From: Octopus vulgaris
Taxonomy: Eukaryota
Length of the DNA: 64,000 nt
Reading direction: 5' to 3'
Assembly (NCBI GenBank): GCA_951406725.2
Contig: OX597830.1
Span: 48,484,001 to 48,548,000 of the forward strand
Positions 57,200 to 64,000 of this stretch are shown in pieces. Made by a program: the position numbers and the translations under genes. The notes beneath the pieces were generated by a model. That model was not told the origin of the DNA, did no database searches, and saw only the letters and a program-made list of their open reading frames with translations. Every line of letters begins with the position of its first letter. Position 1 is the first letter of the stretch.

Positions 57200-58060
57200 A
57201 ATTGCCATTTTGAACTTGAGAAAGTCTTGTTGCAAGGATTTCACTGTCTCTTTCGTCTACTAGAGATGATGAAATTATAAATGCATAGTCTTCGAGGTGA
57301 GATATCATGTAACGGTCATGAGTCCAAGCGGAGTTGCATTTCATAGGAATATTACTATTGTCTTGAGGTCTTCCGGAAATATTCCCATCCATTGGTGTTG
57401 CCTTTTTCTTTTTCTTTTTTAGCATGAGGATTTTTTGAGGTCCAGTTGTTTTGGAGTTTTATGTGAGGTTGTAAGGAAGAAAGGCCCCACCGATGAGCTC
57501 ACTTCACGTTGCAATACTAGGCTTATGTATTTATTTTTACTGCTGTTGTTTAGTGGATGCTGTCTAAAAGTGACTCTACTGCATTCGAAGGCTGTCTGCA
57601 CTGATCTCAAGCTTCTACCTCCGTAATCACTTCTTAGAGCCTGTTGATAATACCGTTTCTGTAGAACTTTCCAGCTGATGTCAGGATCTTACTGGTTTTA
57701 ATGCCTATGGATGGGATTTCTTCTACAGACCAGTAAAGTTTCCTAAATGATGGTCTCAGTACTGGTACTGCGAATGCATTGTGGGTAATTGTTTTGTTGT
57801 AAGAGGAGAGATCCGACTGCCATGTTTTTGTATGACTCAGATCACTTTATCATTATTCACAACATATTCGTAAGATATGTTTTCATCATTGCCGCCTAGG
57901 TTGTTGCACAGGTTTTGAGTTGCGGGAGGACTGATTTTTCCATGTTTAGTAACCAAATACGAACGCTTCTTTTGGTCAAATTCTATTCCTATGTCAAGTG
58001 AAAATGTCTTTAACTCCAGCTGTTTTTTTGACATTGTTAATATTTTAAACATACAACTTC
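57200..58060 (-). pseudogene. Decayed R4/Dong-like RT C-terminal region
   Basis: KTFSLDIGIEF..KK; THNAFAVPVLRPSF. Confidence 0.6.
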
Positions 58061-58153
58061 AGGCCATCCGCGAAGAAATTACGAGTTACATTGGTATCTC
58101 TAGCAGTTGCAGTCTTCAACATGCGGTCATTGGATTTTTATATAGCAGAAATA

Positions 58154-58467
58154 ATGTATGTATGTATGTATGTATGTATGTATGTATGTATGTATGTATG
58201 TATGTATGTATGTATGTATGTGTGTATGTATGTATGTATGTATGCATGTATGTATGTATGTATGTATGTATGCATGCATGTATGTATGTATGTATGCATG
58301 TATATATGTATGTATGTATTATGCATGTATGTATGTATGTATGTATGCATGCATGTATGTATGTATGTATGTATGTATGTATGTATGTATGTATGTGTGC
58401 ATGTATGTATGTATGCTTGTATGTATGTATGTATGTATGTATGCATGTATGTATGTATGCATGTATG

Positions 58468-58501
<34 letters not shown>

Positions 58502-58658
58502 TGTATGTATGTATGTATGCATGTATGTATGTATGTATGTATGTATGCATGCATGTATGTATGTATGTATGTATGCATGTATGTATGTATGTATGTATTA
58601 TGCATGTATGTATGTATGTATGCATGCATGTATGTATGTATGTATGTATGCATGCATG

Positions 58659-58692
<34 letters not shown>

Positions 58693-58960
58693 TGTATGCA
58701 CGTATGTATGTACGTATGTATGTATGTATGTATGTATGTATGTATGTATTATGCATGTATGTATGTATTATGCATGTATGTATGTATGTATGTATGTATG
58801 TATGTATGTATGTATGTATGTATGTATGTACGTACGTACGTACGTATGTATGTATGTACGTACGTATGTATGTATGTATGTATGTATGTATTATGTATGT
58901 ATGTATGTATGTATTATGTATGTATTATGTATGTATGTATTATGTATGTATGTATGTATG
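58154..58960. repeat. ~800-bp (TATG)n array with variant units
   Basis: Direct reading. Confidence 0.95.
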
Positions 58961-59256
58961 CGAATACGTATTCCAATTCCTATCCTATGCCATGAGTTCG
59001 AATCCGTAATACATATCAAACAAACAAATATGAAACCGTCTTCCTTTAATATCATTAAAAACTGAGGTGTTTGCGGAGGTGACTGTGACTCCACTAATTG
59101 AAGTGCCGGTGTGTTTATCCAGCTTATTCTGTATTTTGTCTATTAAAAAGGCCATAATGAATATATATTAAAAAAAGATATATAAATGTGTATGTGGCGA
59201 TATGTTGTCTTGGGTTACGGAAACATTTACATTGGCGTCTATCTACCTGAACTCTT

Positions 59257-59306
<50 letters not shown>

Positions 59307-59355
59307 GATGTGATAAGAACAGACTTATCACATCTACACTCACCATCTGGTTAGA

Positions 59356-59495
59356 TTCAATTATGCCAGGGATCTCTGGAAGTTGTCCATGGGCCCTGGC
59401 CCGAAAGTCGTCCCGAACAGGCGGGTCAGGTACTCCTCGTCGACATCCAGGTTCGCCCCGAGCTCGTCGTCGTACCTCCCCTCCACTAATCCCCT
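59356..59495 (-). pseudogene. GC-rich coding-like fragment, probably L1/Tx1 ORF2
   Basis: GLVEGRYDDELGANLDVDEEYLTRLFGTTFGPGPMDNFQRSLA*; plausibly precedes the ALPVRDKL zinc-knuckle region. Confidence 0.45.
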
Positions 59496-59505
59496 ATAGA
59501 ATGCT

Positions 59506-59607
<102 letters not shown>

Positions 59608-59637
59608 TAACCCTCTTAAGTACGAAATAGCCTTGAT

Positions 59638-60520
59638 CTATTCTGTGAGGTGGGTGGGATTTTTCACGTACGATATTGACTTTCCTGCTAATGGACTTAT
59701 TATATCCACAAGGAAGCGGCTCAGTGGATGACATGCGGAACCTCTACAGCTCACTATAGGTCTTAATAGAATACCATCCTTGTGAATCTTAGGAAGACCG
59801 TACATGTATGGTAGATTATTATGGTGTTGAGTCAATTGTCTGTACTTCATTGGTGTAAAGTGATCCTTGTTCTTGATCAAGATCTGTGGCAACTTCCTCT
59901 CTGTTTTCAGAGTTGGGTCTTTCTTTTCTTCTCTGTAGCTACCATCACTTAAAAGACTTGCCAATTTTTCAGAGTAGTCAGACTTGTTCATCACCACTGC
60001 AGCATTTCCCTTGTCCGATGGAAGTATTATGATGGAATTCTCACTCTGTGGGGTTTTGATAGCGAACTTTTCTTCCTTAGTGATGTTCGGTTTGGGAAGT
60101 TTCGCTTTTTCTAGTACATGTCTTACTTTCCATCTTAGTTCATCTCCCTGAGCTTTTGGTATCTTTATGGCTATCTCTTCATTAAGGGCTATTATGTCGA
60201 AGTATGGAATGCACTTGATGGTTGTCGCAATGTTTGAAACATTTGTTCAGTACTACTTCTTCATAAATTTCTAGATGTCGGCTACTTACATTAATTTCTG
60301 CTTTCACAGTTGGGTGACGGACTTCAGTCTTCATTCTCTGACCTTTAAGAAGTTTCATAAACTTCTTAATCTGGCATGTCTTCACCATTTCAAATTCTTT
60401 CATGTACGACTTTTCTAGGTCTTGTTGGATTCTCTTTCCATCATCATTTCTGGTTAGTTTCCTAAGTAATGAAGATAACTTCTCTTTGATTTCGTTATTT
60501 AGTTGATGTTTTTCCAGCGG
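59638..60520 (-). pseudogene. Penelope-like element RT N-terminal half
   Basis: IILPSDKGNAAVVMNKSDY..KDPT..YGLPKIHK..LRPIVS..SYVKN. Confidence 0.88.
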
Positions 60521-60559
60521 TTGTAATGTCCTGCCCTTTCCGCTACTCTTCTAGCTTTA

Positions 60560-62520
60560 TATTAATCCACTGATTAAATTAATGCTTAAAAGAGGTGTGG
60601 TTAAGATAAAGAAGAACCTACCTAATACTGAAAAACAAACTGAAATGAAACGCTGCCTCAAATTACAGACTAAATATGTGGAATCTCCCTAGAGGGTTAA
60701 TTGCTGAAAAGCCCTACAAGAACTGATATTAGAAACGCCAAATACTTGATAAACAGAAACGCTGTCGGAAAAAGAGAAGAGAAACGAAAAACTGATTGAT
60801 ATTCAACAAGATGATTTTGAGAAATTGGGAAAAAAGACATTGATAAACTTATGCATTGCGTGGATCGATTATAGAAAAGTGTACGACCTACACCTGCACT
60901 CGTGGATCAAATGATGCCTAGAACTGTTTGGGGTCTCGGAAAAGTTAGATGCCTGTAAGGAAACGTAATGCGATATTGGAGAGTAAAGTTAACATCAAAA
61001 GGAGAAAGATTAACAAAGAAAGAAATCAGAAAATGAATTTTTCAAGGTGGCGCCACCCCCACCCCCCATCTTATTTGTAATCAAACTAATCCCTTTGTTA
61101 ATTATATTGTTAATTATACAAGATATTCTCTGGAAAAGAAGATGAGAAACGTGAATCATCTATTTGCGGATGATTTAAAACATTATGGCAGCGATATGAA
61201 CCAGCTAGATTCCTTAGTGCAAGCTGTAAAAATATTTGGTAATATCCGGAATTATGAAATGTGCTCTAAAGGAAATGAAGCTGGAAAAATTCATAAAACG
61301 TGCAGGAGTTAGATCTATCTGAATGGTAAGAAAATAAAATCATTTGATGTAGAAGAAACATAAATATCTAATGAATACTGGAGAATGATAAAATCAAAAG
61401 TTTAAAAATAGAGGAAGTTTAGTCTTCTGTAAAGAATATTTCTGTGGAATGATTAGAATTTTAAAATCCAAAATGAATGTGGAAAATGTCATACCAGCAA
61501 CCAACTTGAGAGCTGTATCACGAATAAACTAGGAAGCTGCTCACAGTGCACAGAAAATCAGATGTGAAGCAATTATGTTGGAAAAGAAGAAGAAGAAGAA
61601 GAAGAAGAAGAAGAAGAAGAAGAAGAAGAAGAAGAAGAAGAAGAAGAAGAAGAAGAAGAAGAAGAAGAAGAAGAAGAAGAAGAAGATTAATGAGTGTCGA
61701 AGAGTTAGTAGAACTGAAGACAAAACTAGATTCTTATCTGGAATAAAACAAAGAAATACTCTTCAATAAGGTGATAACGGCAATTTACAGAAGGTGCAGA
61801 ACCCCAAAACAGAAAACAAGAGAATGTAGAAAAGAGGAAATCAAACTTTGAAGGACCAATAAGGGATGATAAGGACAACTAGCTGTAGCTAAAGAAAGGC
61901 GTATGAAAGAAAGAGACCTATATAATGATCTTGGGGTCATCGGAACATGCTCTAAAGATAAACTGGATCAACAAAGCTGTTGACTCAAATGCAGATGGGA
62001 CCATAACTCACATTGTATTTAGATGTCCACGGTCAACTCAGAAGGAATTCTAAACTATTGGCATGATAAAATTGCTGCAATAGTAAACTGGAAGTTTGAT
62101 TCTACACAAAAAAACCCATCTGTAACCATTTTATCGAAATAAAAACGACGGAGGAAAGTTGTTATGGAACTTTCCTACACAAACTGAAACAAGAATAGAG
62201 TATAATCCGAACATTGTAGTCGCTGACAGCAAGAAGAAGCTGTATGTTTTAATTGATATGATATGCCCACTGGATACCAGAGTAAAGAGATAAAAAAAAT
62301 AAATAATAAAATCGATATTAACTTAAAGTACCAAACCTCCAAGTACTAGAATAGAAAAGTTAACAAGGTCCTGAACGTATGAATTTTCGTTGTATCCTTG
62401 AGAGCAGCGACAAAAAAATCTTAGGACAAACCTTGAAAATCTTTTTCTCAACTTGGGATTTGATGCTGTGTAGAAAACATGGCTATTAGGTTCGGCAGGA
62501 GATACCTGGAATGTCATTTA
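60560..62520 (+). pseudogene. Heavily decayed R4/Dong element (RT to endonuclease), interrupted by (GAA)n
   Basis: IAWIDYRKVYD..HSWI; FQG; NHLFADDLK; LLWNF..NIVV. Confidence 0.75.
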
Positions 62521-62795
62521 TATAATGTAAAAAAAACCAGCTATGTAGAGTGAAAAAAGAAGAGAATCAAAAGGTACAAAATGCTCCTCGTCCTTAACCA
62601 CGAATTGTGATTCGAGAGCAAGCATAATCAAACCTTGAAACAGCAGAAAATAACAATACCACCATCAACAACCAAGTCAGAAACAGCAACACCAACAACA
62701 ATGATAATGGTTTCAAATTTTAGATCAAGGCCAGCAATTTCGAGGGAAGGGGTTAAAACATTTATATTGACTCTAGTGCTGCTGAGTTAAGCGAG

Positions 62796-64000
<1,205 letters not shown>

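Noticed and set aside
59356-59495. Horizontally acquired bacterial gene fragment
   Set aside because: GC-rich codons are better explained by an L1/Tx1 ORF2 piece like that at 1098-1905; too short to claim more

Overview
AT-rich, microsatellite-saturated eukaryotic DNA. The repeat content points to a cephalopod (Octopus-like) genome; that assignment is an inference. Most ORFs in the supplied track are microsatellite translations. One probable host coding exon is visible (38055-38850, Ser/Pro-rich, with splice acceptor and donor), plus a few enhancer-like unique islands. The rest is transposon-derived. This includes at least three tRNA-derived SINE families with swappable tails and clear TSDs, and L1/Tx1, RTE-BovB-like, R4/Dong (TAA-targeting) and Penelope-like (RT + GIY-YIG) retroelement fragments. 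It also includes mariner, Tc1 and Tigger remnants and a decayed hAT. Two patterns stand out. (i) Several minimal type-I hammerhead-ribozyme motifs with palindromic stem III sit in short segments next to (TA)n arrays, some with canonical cores and some with non-canonical cores (CCGAAGA, CUGUAGA). (ii) There is an unusual density of 60-400 bp inverted duplications (foldbacks), mostly anchored on (TA)n or (TAA)n arrays. All structures were folded by eye; no computation or database search was run.
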